Shown here piece after piece: positions 1 through 9,144 of a DNA stretch of 64,000 bases. The stretch spans positions 64,001 to 128,000 of the forward strand of contig CBDDTI010000745.1 in the NCBI GenBank assembly GCA_965233585.1. Direction: 5' to 3'. This DNA comes from a bacterium. GTDB taxonomy: Bacteria > SAR324 > NAC60-12. The notes beneath the pieces were generated by a model. It saw only the letters and a program-made list of their open reading frames with translations, was not told the origin of the DNA and searched no databases. How positions within the stretch are numbered: position 1 is the first letter of the stretch; every line of letters starts with the position of its first letter. The translations under genes and the position numbers were made by a program.

Positions 1-2
1 AG

Positions 3-728
3 GGATTGAAAGGTGTAGGTCGTGTTGGCTGTCGTACTTGTGCCTGACCAGAATCCATTGCCTATTTTGTAGGAGACTTCATAGCCTGAAATGCTACCGT
101 CAGAGTCTGTGGCTGCAGTCCATGAGACTTTGATGCTGTCTGCAGTGACATCGCTGGTGCTGATGTTGCTCGGTTTTTCAGGTGGTTTGTTGGCAGCATA
201 AGAGTCTGGAAAGTTGACTTCGTCAATCCAAGCGGCATCGCTTCCTCCGCTTACGTGGTCGTCTTTCTGGTAGCACCATTTGAAGGTGTGACTTCCAGCC
301 GAGACAGCATAGCTGGCTTGTGTCCAGCCGATGTTTCCACTTTTGCCACCTAGCTTTTCAGCAGAGTCAATGTAGAAGAAGAGTTCGTCATAATTTTGTT
401 CTGAACTGACTTTGTATTGAAATTCTACGTTTCCAGCCGAGACATTGCGTGTGGTTTGGACGCAGGTTTGTTGATTGTTGCCAATGTTTGCAGACTTGAG
501 GCTTTTGGAAGTGTTGTTTGCCCCGCCAGAGACAACAGACCAGTTGCCTGTTAAGCCATTTGGCTTATTGCCGTTGTCAAAGTTCCAAGTGCCTGCTTGG
601 CTGACTTCGTTTTCTTCTTCTGAAAATTTTGAAAAACCTGAAGTTTCTGAAGTGTTGAGATTATCCCAGTTACAACCACCGAAGACTAGCACGATTAAAA
701 ACGAATAGATGAAAAATTTCATGTTCAT
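3..728 (-). CDS. Probable separate FN3-domain lipoprotein start, in frame with the ORF above (3'-partial)
   Basis: MNMKFFIYSFLIVLVFGGC is a typical lipoprotein signal. It is followed by a beta-rich domain (YKVSSEQNYDELFFYID, FKWCYQKD) and an FN3 domain (IKVSWTAATDSDG). Confidence 0.6.
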   Translation of the reverse strand, partial: MNMKFFIYSFLIVLVFGGCNWDNLNTSETSGFSKFSEEENEVSQAGTWNFDNGNKPNGLTGNWSVVSGGANNTSKSLKSANIGNNQQTCVQTTRNVSAGNVEFQYKVSSEQNYDELFFYIDSAEKLGGKSGNIGWTQASYAVSAGSHTFKWCYQKDDHVSGGSDAAWIDEVNFPDSYAANKPPEKPSNISTSDVTADSIKVSWTAATDSDGSISGYEVSYKIGNGFWSGTSTTANTTYTFQS

Positions 729-2795
729 TGTGTTGTTTTGAATTAAAAATTTAAAGAAGCAAAAGATGTTTGTGCACATTCCCCTCTCTACATTCTCTTG
801 CAGTCTAGCACAGGTACAAAAAAACACAAGACTAATCTTAGGATAAAAGTGAGATTGTGGGTCAAGTTCAGCAATGGCATCATCGCCAAAACTAAAGGGG
901 CTGTTGCAGTTGGTTTTGGTTGTGCCAGCATCTTTGGAGCATTCATAGCTGCTGCCTGAAGTCATCATAAAAGTCAGGCTTCTAGCAGAGACAGCAAGCG
1001 CAGTTGGTGCATTGGGTGCAGTGCTGACAGCCGTGCTTTGTTGGTAAGCACTCCAGTCTCCCTCGTCATCTTTGGCACGAACACGGAAGGTGTAGCTGGT
1101 GTTAGGCTGGAGTGATTGAAAAGTGTAGGTTGTGCTAGCTGTCATGCTTGTTCCTGTCCAGAATCCATCACCTGCTTTGTAAGATATTTCATAGTTTGCA
1201 ACAATGACTCCGTCAGAATCTGTGGCAGCAGACCATGAAACCTTGATACTGGAGCCTGTCACTTGGCTGGTGCTGATGGTGCTTGGTTTGCTGGGTGGTT
1301 GATTGGCGGCTTCAAGCGTCTGGACAGGCTTGCTTTCTTCATAATCACTCCAAGCATTTTCATCATCTTTGGCACGGACACGAAAGGTGTAGCTGGTTTC
1401 TGCTTGCAATCCAGAGACGATGACGTTTGTTTGAGTGGTGTCTGTGCCGACTTGCCAGTTTCCGTTGCCTGTTTTGTGAGAGACCTCATAACCTGTCACC
1501 TGCCCGTCAGCGTCTGCAGAAGGTGACCAACTGAACTGCAAACTATTAGAGGTCACTTGGCTAATCTTCAAGTCTTCTGGCTTCTCTGGCTCTTGATTCT
1601 TCGCAACAACGGCATTGACCAAGTCCTTCGTCAGCGTCAAATTCTTGTTCAATGTAAACTTCACATTCGTGTTTTTGTCTAGTTTAAAAGGCTTACTCCG
1701 AATCAAAGTTTGACCTGTGTCTAAACTGACCACAGAAAAGAAGAAGTCATTAGCATTCCCGTTAGGATAATGCCTTCCGTTGACTAAAATCATCTTGAAA
1801 TTGCTATCGTCCTTGTTCAAATCTGGACAACTGCATTCTACATTAAACAACGCCTCATCGCTGTTTCTCACGGTCAGCATCACATCTTGGTCAGAAGAGT
1901 TGAGAAAGTTGATTTTTGCCACGCTCAAGACTTGTTGTTCAGGAATGATGACTCGTTTTTTGTCATCTTTGTTAAAGACTAGATTCTTCACAAGGACAGG
2001 ATTTTGGAAGTCAATCTCTCCTGCATCTGTGTGCGGATAAAACATCAGCAGTCTAGCACCGACAGGAATCTTGATTCGGTAGTTCAGTTCCTTGCTAGCA
2101 ATGACGCCAATTTGCTGATTCTGCGAACTCCCTTGAAAAATAGAGACCTTCTCATCACGATTGTTTCGCACCAGCAAGATGCCATAGTCTGACTTGGACT
2201 CCTCAGTGCCTATCACAAAACTGGATTTGGCTGATGGAATGAACCCACTTTGCATAAAAGCCGTTGGCATTTGGGAATCCTCGCAGTCTGCTTTAAAATA
2301 GTCTTGCACGGCTGGCATCTTGAAGGCGAACACGGTGACGATGGAACTCGTTCTTTTGGAAACGTCCACTTTGACCCCTTTCTGCTTGGCGCCAATGACA
2401 GCAATCACATCGTCAGTATTTAGATTGCTGGAATACGAAAGCAGGACATCTTGACCCAGTGAATTGAAGATGGCAAGGTTGCCTGTGCCTTGCGTCAGGG
2501 CTTGGGGAATCTCCAGACACACCGACTCGCCTGACTCTTTTTCTTGCGTCGCAGCGGTGTGTTTGGCTGACACTGACACAGCACCATCTTCACCGCAGCC
2601 AATCAAAACACTGAAGCACAGCAGAAGCGAACATTTTTTTAAGAATGTTGAGGGTTTGAGGAACGATGCCAGAATCTTTTTGACATCAATCTCCTTTCTG
2701 TTTTTCAAGAAGGAGGGTTGAGGGAACGATGCCAAAGCATCAGTGCAGGACACAACTGCTTGGGAAAACATGTTGATTGTACGAAATGCAAACAT
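3..2795 (-). CDS. Large secreted lipoprotein with fibronectin type III domains; open to the left window edge (3'-partial)
   Basis: Absent from the ORF track because it has no stop in the window. Manual translation: ATG at 2795 after GGAG, lipobox-like SLLLCFSVLIGC near 2600, FN3 motifs (SWSPSADADG, YTFRVRAKDD, LQPNTSYTFRVRA). The frame stays open into a second lipoprotein-like start at 728. Confidence 0.7.
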   Translation of the reverse strand, partial: MFAFRTINMFSQAVVSCTDALASFPQPSFLKNRKEIDVKKILASFLKPSTFLKKCSLLLCFSVLIGCGEDGAVSVSAKHTAATQEKESGESVCLEIPQALTQGTGNLAIFNSLGQDVLLSYSSNLNTDDVIAVIGAKQKGVKVDVSKRTSSIVTVFAFKMPAVQDYFKADCEDSQMPTAFMQSGFIPSAKSSFVIGTEESKSDYGILLVRNNRDEKVSIFQGSSQNQQIGVIASKELNYRIKIPVGARLLMFYPHTDAGEIDFQNPVLVKNLVFNKDDKKRVIIPEQQVLSVAKINFLNSSDQDVMLTVRNSDEALFNVECSCPDLNKDDSNFKMILVNGRHYPNGNANDFFFSVVSLDTGQTLIRSKPFKLDKNTNVKFTLNKNLTLTKDLVNAVVAKNQEPEKPEDLKISQVTSNSLQFSWSPSADADGQVTGYEVSHKTGNGNWQVGTDTTQTNVIVSGLQAETSYTFRVRAKDDENAWSDYEESKPVQTLEAANQPPSKPSTISTSQVTGSSIKVSWSAATDSDGVIVANYEISYKAGDGFWTGTSMTASTTYTFQSLQPNTSYTFRVRAKDDEGDWSAYQQSTAVSTAPNAPTALAVSARSLTFMMTSGSSYECSKDAGTTKTNCNSPFSFGDDAIAELDPQSHFYPKISLVFFCTCARLQENVERGMCTNIFCFFKFLIQNNTMNMKFFIYSFLIVLVFGGCNWDNLNTSETSGFSKFSEEENEVSQAGTWNFDNGNKPNGLTGNWSVVSGGANNTSKSLKSANIGNNQQTCVQTTRNVSAGNVEFQYKVSSEQNYDELFFYIDSAEKLGGKSGNIGWTQASYAVSAGSHTFKWCYQKDDHVSGGSDAAWIDEVNFPDSYAANKPPEKPSNISTSDVTADSIKVSWTAATDSDGSISGYEVSYKIGNGFWSGTSTTANTTYTFQS

Positions 2796-3136
2796 TTGAT
2801 GGACTCCATGAGAGGTGAAACAAAACAACAGCACCCCCTGCGGGTGCTGTCACACGAAAAACTCCCCTCTTGAAATGAAAACCTCATTTGTTTTCAAGAT
2901 GAGAGTTTTGCGAAAAGCCAAAACGGGCATTATGCACGTACAAAAAAAAAACAAGCCAACGTTTTTAATTTTTGGGTCATTTTTTAGTTTTTTAAGGAAT
3001 TTTGAAGATTTTTTGTCAAAGGAATGTCTTTGGGAAGTCAGGAAAGATGCGGGTTAAAGACATTCCGAAAAAAATTTAAGGAATTTTGAAGATTTTTCAA
3101 AAAAATTGGAAAATTGAATAGGTTGGGAGAAAAGAG

Positions 3137-3454
3137 AGATGGCGGGTCAAGGTGAGCAATGAAAGGGGGAATGAGGAAAAGAAGAGATTGCGGGTCAAGC
3201 CCGCAATGACGGTTTTCAAGGTGAGCGATGACGAAAAGACACGCCTACAAAACCTCTCAGTCATTCCGTGCTTGATGCGGAATCTATCCTAAACCAAGCA
3301 CAGATTCCTAACTTGACTGGATTCCTGCTTTCGCAGGAATGACTAAGTTCAAGGTGAGCAATGACCAAAGACAAGGTGTTTCAATTCCCCTCTGACAAGA
3401 GGCAGTGTTCACTGAAGGGGAATAAGAAGACGAAAAGACAAAGCCCGCAATGAC
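3137..3454. repeat. Cluster 1 of CGTC/GTCATT-tagged palindromic (REP-like) elements
   Basis: Several copies of GTCATT-stem-loop-AATC in both orientations, e.g. agattgcgggtcaagcccgcaatgac, gtcattccgtgcttgatgcggaatct, ggattcctgctttcgcaggaatgac. Confidence 0.85.
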
Positions 3455-3480
3455 AAAAAGACAGTTTTTTGATTCAAAAA

Positions 3481-6189
3481 CTATTCTTTCAAAGACCCAT
3501 CTGCTTTTAACTTCAGCACCCAAACATCGCTTTTACCTGCCCCTTTGCTTTCCGTGCTTCCTGCCACTGCCAAGCCTCCATCTGCCGTCTGAATGATGGA
3601 ACGAGCCACGTCCGAAGACCTTCCACCGAATGTTTTGTCCCAGATCAAATTGCCTGACTTGTCTAACTTCAAAACCCAAACATCACGAAAACCTGCCCCT
3701 TTGCTGCCAGTGTACCCTGCAATGGCAAAGCCTCCGTCTGTTGTCTGAATGATGGAATGAGCCTTGTCCTCATTACTTCCGCCAAAGGTCTTGTCCCAAA
3801 GCAAGTTGCCTGATCCGTCTAACTTCAGCACCCAAAAATCCCAATCACCTGCCCCTTTGCCGTAAGTGTAACCTGCAATGGCAAAGCCTCCGTCTGTTGT
3901 CTGAATGATGGAATGAGCCTTGTCCTCATTACTTCCGCCAAAGGTCTTGTCCCAAAGCAAGTTGCCTGATCCGTCTAACTTCAGCACCCAAACATCTTCT
4001 TGACCTGCCCCTTTGCTGCCAGTGTACCCTGCAATGGTAAGTCCTCCATCTGCTGTCTGGGCGATGGAATAAGCACTGTCCCAATCACTTCCTCCGAATG
4101 TTTTGTCCCAAAGCAAGTTGCCTGACTTGTCTAACTTCAGCACCCAAACATCGCTTTTACCTGCCCCTTTGCTTTCCGTGTACCCTGCAATGGCAAGTCC
4201 TCCATCTGCTGTCTGGGTGATGGAATAAGCCCAGTCCGAATTACTTCCGCCAAAGGTCTTGTCCCAGAGAAGCCTGCCTGACTTGTCTAACTTCAGCACC
4301 CAAACATCACTAAAACCTGCCCCTTTGCTTTTAGTGTAACCTACAATGGCAAGTCCTCCATCTGCTGTCTGAGTGATGGAATAAGCCTTGTCCTCATTAC
4401 TTCCGCCAAAGGTCTTGTCCCAGAGTAAGTTGCCTGACTTGTCTAACTTCAGCACCCAAATATCATTATAAGAGGAATCTTTGCTCGTGACTCCTGCAAT
4501 GGCAAGTCCTCCATCTGCTGTCTGAATGATGGAATGAGCCTTGTCCCTCATATTTCCGCCAAAGGTCTTGTCCCAGTTCGGTAAAAATAGGATTTTTTGT
4601 TGAAGTTTTGCGATGGTGGTTGGGTCTGTACCCGCTTTCTCTAGTTCTTGAATAGATTGCTTGGCTTGTTTGAAGTGTCCTTGGGCGATATAGAGTTCAA
4701 TTTGAGCGATTTGAAAGAATTGAGGGTCGTCTCCTTCAATCTCCCAGTCCAGCAGAAAGTCAGTGGCTTCGTCAAGTTTTTGTTCTCTGATGAGCTTTCT
4801 GAGGTTGGCAAGTTTGAGTTGCCTTGCCTGCAAGTTTTTTTCACTTTGTGAGAATCGTTTGCCCCAAGAACTTGCTAGCTCCCAGTTGTCTTGCATTCTG
4901 TCAGGGTATCCTTGTTGAAAGTTCTGCTCTGCCGCCATCAAATCCAGCTGAATGGCTAAGGCAAACAAAGCCACCACATGCGGATGCTGGGCATGGTGTT
5001 CTGCCAAAGAGTCAAGTTTGTTCCAAAGTGCATTGTCTCGTTCTGATTCAAAGTTGATTCTCTTTTTATTGTCAGAAAGTTGGTAACGGATGGGATTTTG
5101 GTTGTTGATGCGTGTTTGGAGGTCTTGTTGAACGGGGTTGATGACAAAGTTGCGTGCATAGCCTGATTGGGGGTAATCTTTGATGAGCGTTTGCTTAGCA
5201 GATTCTGCTCGGTCGTTTAAGTTTTTCTTTTTGGCAAGCAAGTATCGTTTGTAAAGTTTGACTGCTTGCGGGTCTTCGTTGCTGGCATTGGGTGGAGGTG
5301 GAGGTGGCAAGGCAGTTTGCTGTGCAATTTGTTCTTGTGTGATTGCTGTGTTTTCTGCTTCTTGCGGTTGACTTTGCCAGTGAGTGAGTTGTTCGTCTGC
5401 TTGCTGGCGGAGAGATTCGTCTTGTGTAGAAAAAGGGTTGTTTGCCTGATAGCTTTCTTTGAATTGTTGCCACGTTTGAATCTTGAGTTTGGTAGCAATG
5501 TTGCCTTGTTGCATCTGTTGGATTTTGTCAAAGTTTGCTTGCATCTGTTGTTGCCAGAGTTGCCACTCTTTTTTGATTTGGGTGAGTTGTCTGTTGGCTT
5601 GGTCTTGTTGCTGTGCTTGTTGCAAGAGAGTTGTCAGGTCTTCGTTGGTCTGGGCTTTGGGTGCTTTGCCAAAGCTGAGTCTGATGCCGATGCGGTCGTT
5701 GTCATTGTTATTGTTATTGTCAGGAGTTTTGTCTTTTTGGCATGCGGGAGTGTCGTTGGGATAGGTTTGGCAGATGTCTTTGCGTTTGTCAGGCAAGGCA
5801 CGGTGCAGTGCCTGAAGCATGGCAGGTTGGAATCCGCCTGAATCGCTGGCATAGCCATTTAATCCCTCCCCACGCAATGCGACTAAAACCCCAGATTCTT
5901 CTTGCGAGGCAAAGACTTCATAAAAGCAGGCATCTGCACTGGCACCTCCTGCGGGAATCGGTTGCACTTTCTTCACAAATTGAGAGATTAGCGAAAGCGA
6001 GACGTTCGCCAGCTTCTGCTTGTCAAAATGTTCTGCCTTAGCTTGTACCGCCACGTAGCAGGTTTTTGCCAATGCTGTTGATGGTGTCATCAAGATTGAC
6101 GATGCGACGAATGATGAAGCTGTCCCTAATGAAACAACAAAGGTTTTGGTGATGAAAGTTTTGGTGATGATTTCTTTTAGTGTTGTCAT
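3481..6189 (-). CDS. Secreted multidomain protein: helical/TPR-like middle region and C-terminal 7-repeat beta-propeller
   Basis: 902-aa ORF with a signal-like N-terminus, Q-rich helical region and seven ~52-aa WDKTFGG...DVWVLKLD repeats. Confidence 0.8.
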   Translation of the reverse strand: MTTLKEIITKTFITKTFVVSLGTASSFVASSILMTPSTALAKTCYVAVQAKAEHFDKQKLANVSLSLISQFVKKVQPIPAGGASADACFYEVFASQEESGVLVALRGEGLNGYASDSGGFQPAMLQALHRALPDKRKDICQTYPNDTPACQKDKTPDNNNNNDNDRIGIRLSFGKAPKAQTNEDLTTLLQQAQQQDQANRQLTQIKKEWQLWQQQMQANFDKIQQMQQGNIATKLKIQTWQQFKESYQANNPFSTQDESLRQQADEQLTHWQSQPQEAENTAITQEQIAQQTALPPPPPPNASNEDPQAVKLYKRYLLAKKKNLNDRAESAKQTLIKDYPQSGYARNFVINPVQQDLQTRINNQNPIRYQLSDNKKRINFESERDNALWNKLDSLAEHHAQHPHVVALFALAIQLDLMAAEQNFQQGYPDRMQDNWELASSWGKRFSQSEKNLQARQLKLANLRKLIREQKLDEATDFLLDWEIEGDDPQFFQIAQIELYIAQGHFKQAKQSIQELEKAGTDPTTIAKLQQKILFLPNWDKTFGGNMRDKAHSIIQTADGGLAIAGVTSKDSSYNDIWVLKLDKSGNLLWDKTFGGSNEDKAYSITQTADGGLAIVGYTKSKGAGFSDVWVLKLDKSGRLLWDKTFGGSNSDWAYSITQTADGGLAIAGYTESKGAGKSDVWVLKLDKSGNLLWDKTFGGSDWDSAYSIAQTADGGLTIAGYTGSKGAGQEDVWVLKLDGSGNLLWDKTFGGSNEDKAHSIIQTTDGGFAIAGYTYGKGAGDWDFWVLKLDGSGNLLWDKTFGGSNEDKAHSIIQTTDGGFAIAGYTGSKGAGFRDVWVLKLDKSGNLIWDKTFGGRSSDVARSIIQTADGGLAVAGSTESKGAGKSDVWVLKLKADGSLKE
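3484..4576 (-). repeat. Seven tandem ~156-bp coding repeats (propeller blades)
   Basis: gccaaaggtcttgtcccaaa recurs at 3781 and 3937 (period 156 bp); blades are near-identical at DNA level. Confidence 0.9.
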
Positions 6190-6497
6190 GGCTTTTTGAA
6201 ATGATGATGCTTGATGATGGATTTTTTTTGATGCCTTGATGATAGACTTTTTGGTTTCTTTTTTTTGGATTTGAGAGTTGAGTTTTGGGTGTTGTCATCG
6301 TTTCACATGTAAATTTTGGCAAAAAAGGTTTCAGTGTATTTTGTTTGATTTTGGATTTCAAGGTTTTGGTGGTGTCTTGGCAGATGATTTGAATTTGGAC
6401 AAATGTTGTGAAGCCTACGTGAAATGAAGACAGTTTTTGCAATTTGGGCAAAAAGTGCTAACATCATTAGTAGTCAACCCAGTACAGAGAGTATCAA

Positions 6498-8600
6498 ATG
6501 CCTCTTCAATATTCTGTTTCACAAATTGAGCAAAAGTTAAGAACTTATCTTTCTCAGCATTCTTCAGTAGAGGAACAGAAGTTATTGGGCTATGCTTTAG
6601 AAGACATCAAGCATCATCATAATAACTTCCGCAAAGATGGGTCTCCGTATTATTTGCACCCCATGAGGATTGCGTTGAAAGTCTGTGAATATGGATTTGA
6701 AGGCAGGGTTGTCATTGCCTCTCTTTTGCATGACTTGCTGGAAGACACGGCTGTTGATGAAAAGACGATGCGTGAGCGATACGGTGAATGGTATGTGCAA
6801 ACCGTAGATGGTTTAAGCAAGGTCAAAGCTCATCTGTCAGAAACACATCACAAACTGCTCTACACTTCTTTTAAGCATTCGTCTGCTGTCTTTTTCATCA
6901 AGCTCTTTGACCGTTGGGATAACTTGAAGGATATGAAGCTCATTAGAACAAGTAAAAGGAAGCGGATTGGCAAAGAATCGCTTTACGGCTATTTGCCAAT
7001 TATTCGTGGGTTGGGCTTGGAAACCATGTCATACGACTATGAGAAGGTTTGTTTTCGCTACATGTACCCCAAGACGTTTACTTATCTTGAGAAAAAACTT
7101 TTAACGTTAAGGCAAGAGCAAGCGACCCGAGTGTGGGAGTTGACCCAAGGTTTACAAAAATTGATGAACTCTGAAGGCATTGAAGGGAAAATCTTGATTC
7201 AATGGTTTCAGCCTTCAGATTTTTTAAGAGACCAAGAGACTTCTGAGACGTCTTTAAGGAAAGTAAAACGAGTGTTGAAAGGTTTGCGAATCATTGTAGG
7301 TTCTAAGAAGGAGTGCTATCAAGTTTTAGGCATGGTTCACTTGAATCATCAAGTGTCGCCAAGACAAGCAAGGGATTACATTGCTAACCCCCTTTATAAT
7401 GGTTATTGCAGATTGCAAACAGAAATCATTCATCATCTAAGTCCTGTCAGGATTGAAATTGCAGACTACCATTCTAACGAATTGAGTTGTAAGGGCATCA
7501 TTGCTTATTGGCAATCTAATCAAGATGCCTCTTGTTATCAAAATTATTTGGCTGAACTAGAATCTCTTTTGACTTCGGATACTAAACATTTTGATTTAAG
7601 AATTGCCGAGCTTTTTAAACAATCTCAACAAGGTCGTATTCAAGTGCTTGTCGGAGAAGAGGGTCAAAATGTCTCCTTACCTCAAAATGCAACGGTGCTG
7701 GATTTGGCATATTATGTTTCAACCGAATTAGGACATCACTGTGCAGGTGGTTTGTTGCAAAAATCTGGAGTGCAAGAGCGTGTCTCAAGGGGTTTTCATT
7801 TACAAGATGGGCATTGGATCAAAATTTTGCAAGATGAGACGTTGCTAGCCAATGAATCGTGGCGTGTGCATACCTCAACCCAATATGCCAAGTTGCTTTT
7901 AGAAAAGCGATTGGATCAACAAGCCTCATCAGAGGCAGAAAGGCTGGGGAAAAAATTATTTGATGCCTTTTTGAATAACAAGGGTAAATGTCCTGAAGAA
8001 GTGAGGCAAAGCCTGCAATTTCAAGAGATTTTAGAAGAGAAGGGTTGGGATCTTGGGAGTTTTTTTAGAAAGATTGGCAGAGGGAATCTGGGAGTTTCAA
8101 GATTTTTATACGAGCATCAAATTCTTATGAAAAGAAAAGTGTTTGTTCTGCCATTTCTAACCAATGCTGACCAAGAAACGGTGGCAATTAAAGATTTGGG
8201 GCTTTCTTTGCTTAACTTTGCCAAGTGTTGCCAAGTGTTGCCGAATGATGCTTGTTTGGGAGTCCGCTATCATGCTGCTGAAGAGTTGGAGATTCACCGC
8301 AGGAGTTGCAAAAAAATACCTGAATTTTCTGACGCTATTGCGATTAAATGGAGTCTTAAAGAAAGGCAACTTGAAGACAAAGAGATTATTTTGGTGCATT
8401 CTAAACGCCGTGAAAACTTGTATAAAATCTGGGATATTTTGGGAAATGTACAATGCCATTACTTCAAATCTTCTATGCTTTCTGATAAAGAAATGAAAAC
8501 GACCCTCCAAATTCAAAACATCTCGCAAACAGCACTCATCAATCTTTTGAAGAGATTTAGAAGAATGAGGTCAGTCAAACGTTTCTCAGTGTCTTGGTAA
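6498..8600 (+). CDS. spoT: Long RelA/SpoT homolog (HD hydrolase, degenerate synthetase, TGS, ZFD and ACT-like regions)
   Basis: RKDGSPYYLHP, LLHDLLEDT, IKLFDRWDN hydrolase motifs; DYIANP.YNGY; TGS-like LPQNATVLDLAY; FAKCC zinc-finger motif. Confidence 0.8.
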   Translation: MPLQYSVSQIEQKLRTYLSQHSSVEEQKLLGYALEDIKHHHNNFRKDGSPYYLHPMRIALKVCEYGFEGRVVIASLLHDLLEDTAVDEKTMRERYGEWYVQTVDGLSKVKAHLSETHHKLLYTSFKHSSAVFFIKLFDRWDNLKDMKLIRTSKRKRIGKESLYGYLPIIRGLGLETMSYDYEKVCFRYMYPKTFTYLEKKLLTLRQEQATRVWELTQGLQKLMNSEGIEGKILIQWFQPSDFLRDQETSETSLRKVKRVLKGLRIIVGSKKECYQVLGMVHLNHQVSPRQARDYIANPLYNGYCRLQTEIIHHLSPVRIEIADYHSNELSCKGIIAYWQSNQDASCYQNYLAELESLLTSDTKHFDLRIAELFKQSQQGRIQVLVGEEGQNVSLPQNATVLDLAYYVSTELGHHCAGGLLQKSGVQERVSRGFHLQDGHWIKILQDETLLANESWRVHTSTQYAKLLLEKRLDQQASSEAERLGKKLFDAFLNNKGKCPEEVRQSLQFQEILEEKGWDLGSFFRKIGRGNLGVSRFLYEHQILMKRKVFVLPFLTNADQETVAIKDLGLSLLNFAKCCQVLPNDACLGVRYHAAEELEIHRRSCKKIPEFSDAIAIKWSLKERQLEDKEIILVHSKRRENLYKIWDILGNVQCHYFKSSMLSDKEMKTTLQIQNISQTALINLLKRFRRMRSVKRFSVSW

Positions 8601-8684
8601 CGTTGACCTAGAATTTTAGTGCATCAATGACACTTTTCTTGAATCTCATGCAAATCAGGCTTCTTTCAATCTACATTATGTGTC

Positions 8685-9143
8685 ATGCGTCAGATTAGGG
8701 TGATCACAGTTGGGAAACGTCAGTCTGATGATTTGCAAGTAGGAATTGACAATTATTTGGGAAGAATCAAACATTTTGCTGACATTGAGTTGGTCTATTT
8801 GAAGCATCAGTCTGGCAATCTCAAAAAGCGTCAAAAGCAAGAAACCGCTGCCATTTTAGAAAAGCTGAATGCCCAAGAAATCTGTTGTATTTTAGATGCA
8901 CATGCCCCACAAAAGACGTCAGAACAATTTGCCTCATGGATTCAAGACCAATTTTCAACCCATTCGTTGTGTTTTGTCATAGGTGGTGCGTATGGTCTTG
9001 ACCTGACCATGTTGCAACACCATCAACACCTCAGTTTGTCTTCAATGACTTTCACCCATCAAATGACCCGCCTGATTCTTGTAGAGCAGATTTATCGTGC
9101 TTTCCAGATCATTGAAGGCACGCCTTACCATCATTCAAACTAA
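8685..9143 (+). CDS. rlmH: 23S rRNA (pseudouridine-1915-N3)-methyltransferase
   Basis: FVIGGAYG, LSLSSMTFTHQMTRLILVEQIYRA...PYH SPOUT motifs. Confidence 0.93.
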   Translation: MRQIRVITVGKRQSDDLQVGIDNYLGRIKHFADIELVYLKHQSGNLKKRQKQETAAILEKLNAQEICCILDAHAPQKTSEQFASWIQDQFSTHSLCFVIGGAYGLDLTMLQHHQHLSLSSMTFTHQMTRLILVEQIYRAFQIIEGTPYHHSN

Positions 9144-9144
9144 T

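Noticed and set aside
475..2721. Short plus- and minus-strand ORFs listed in the track over this interval
   Set aside because: Shadow ORFs of the long minus-strand FN3 lipoprotein frame.
3484..4576. Propeller repeats as a diversity-generating retroelement target
   Set aside because: No reverse transcriptase or template repeat in the window, and the differences do not look adenine-specific.
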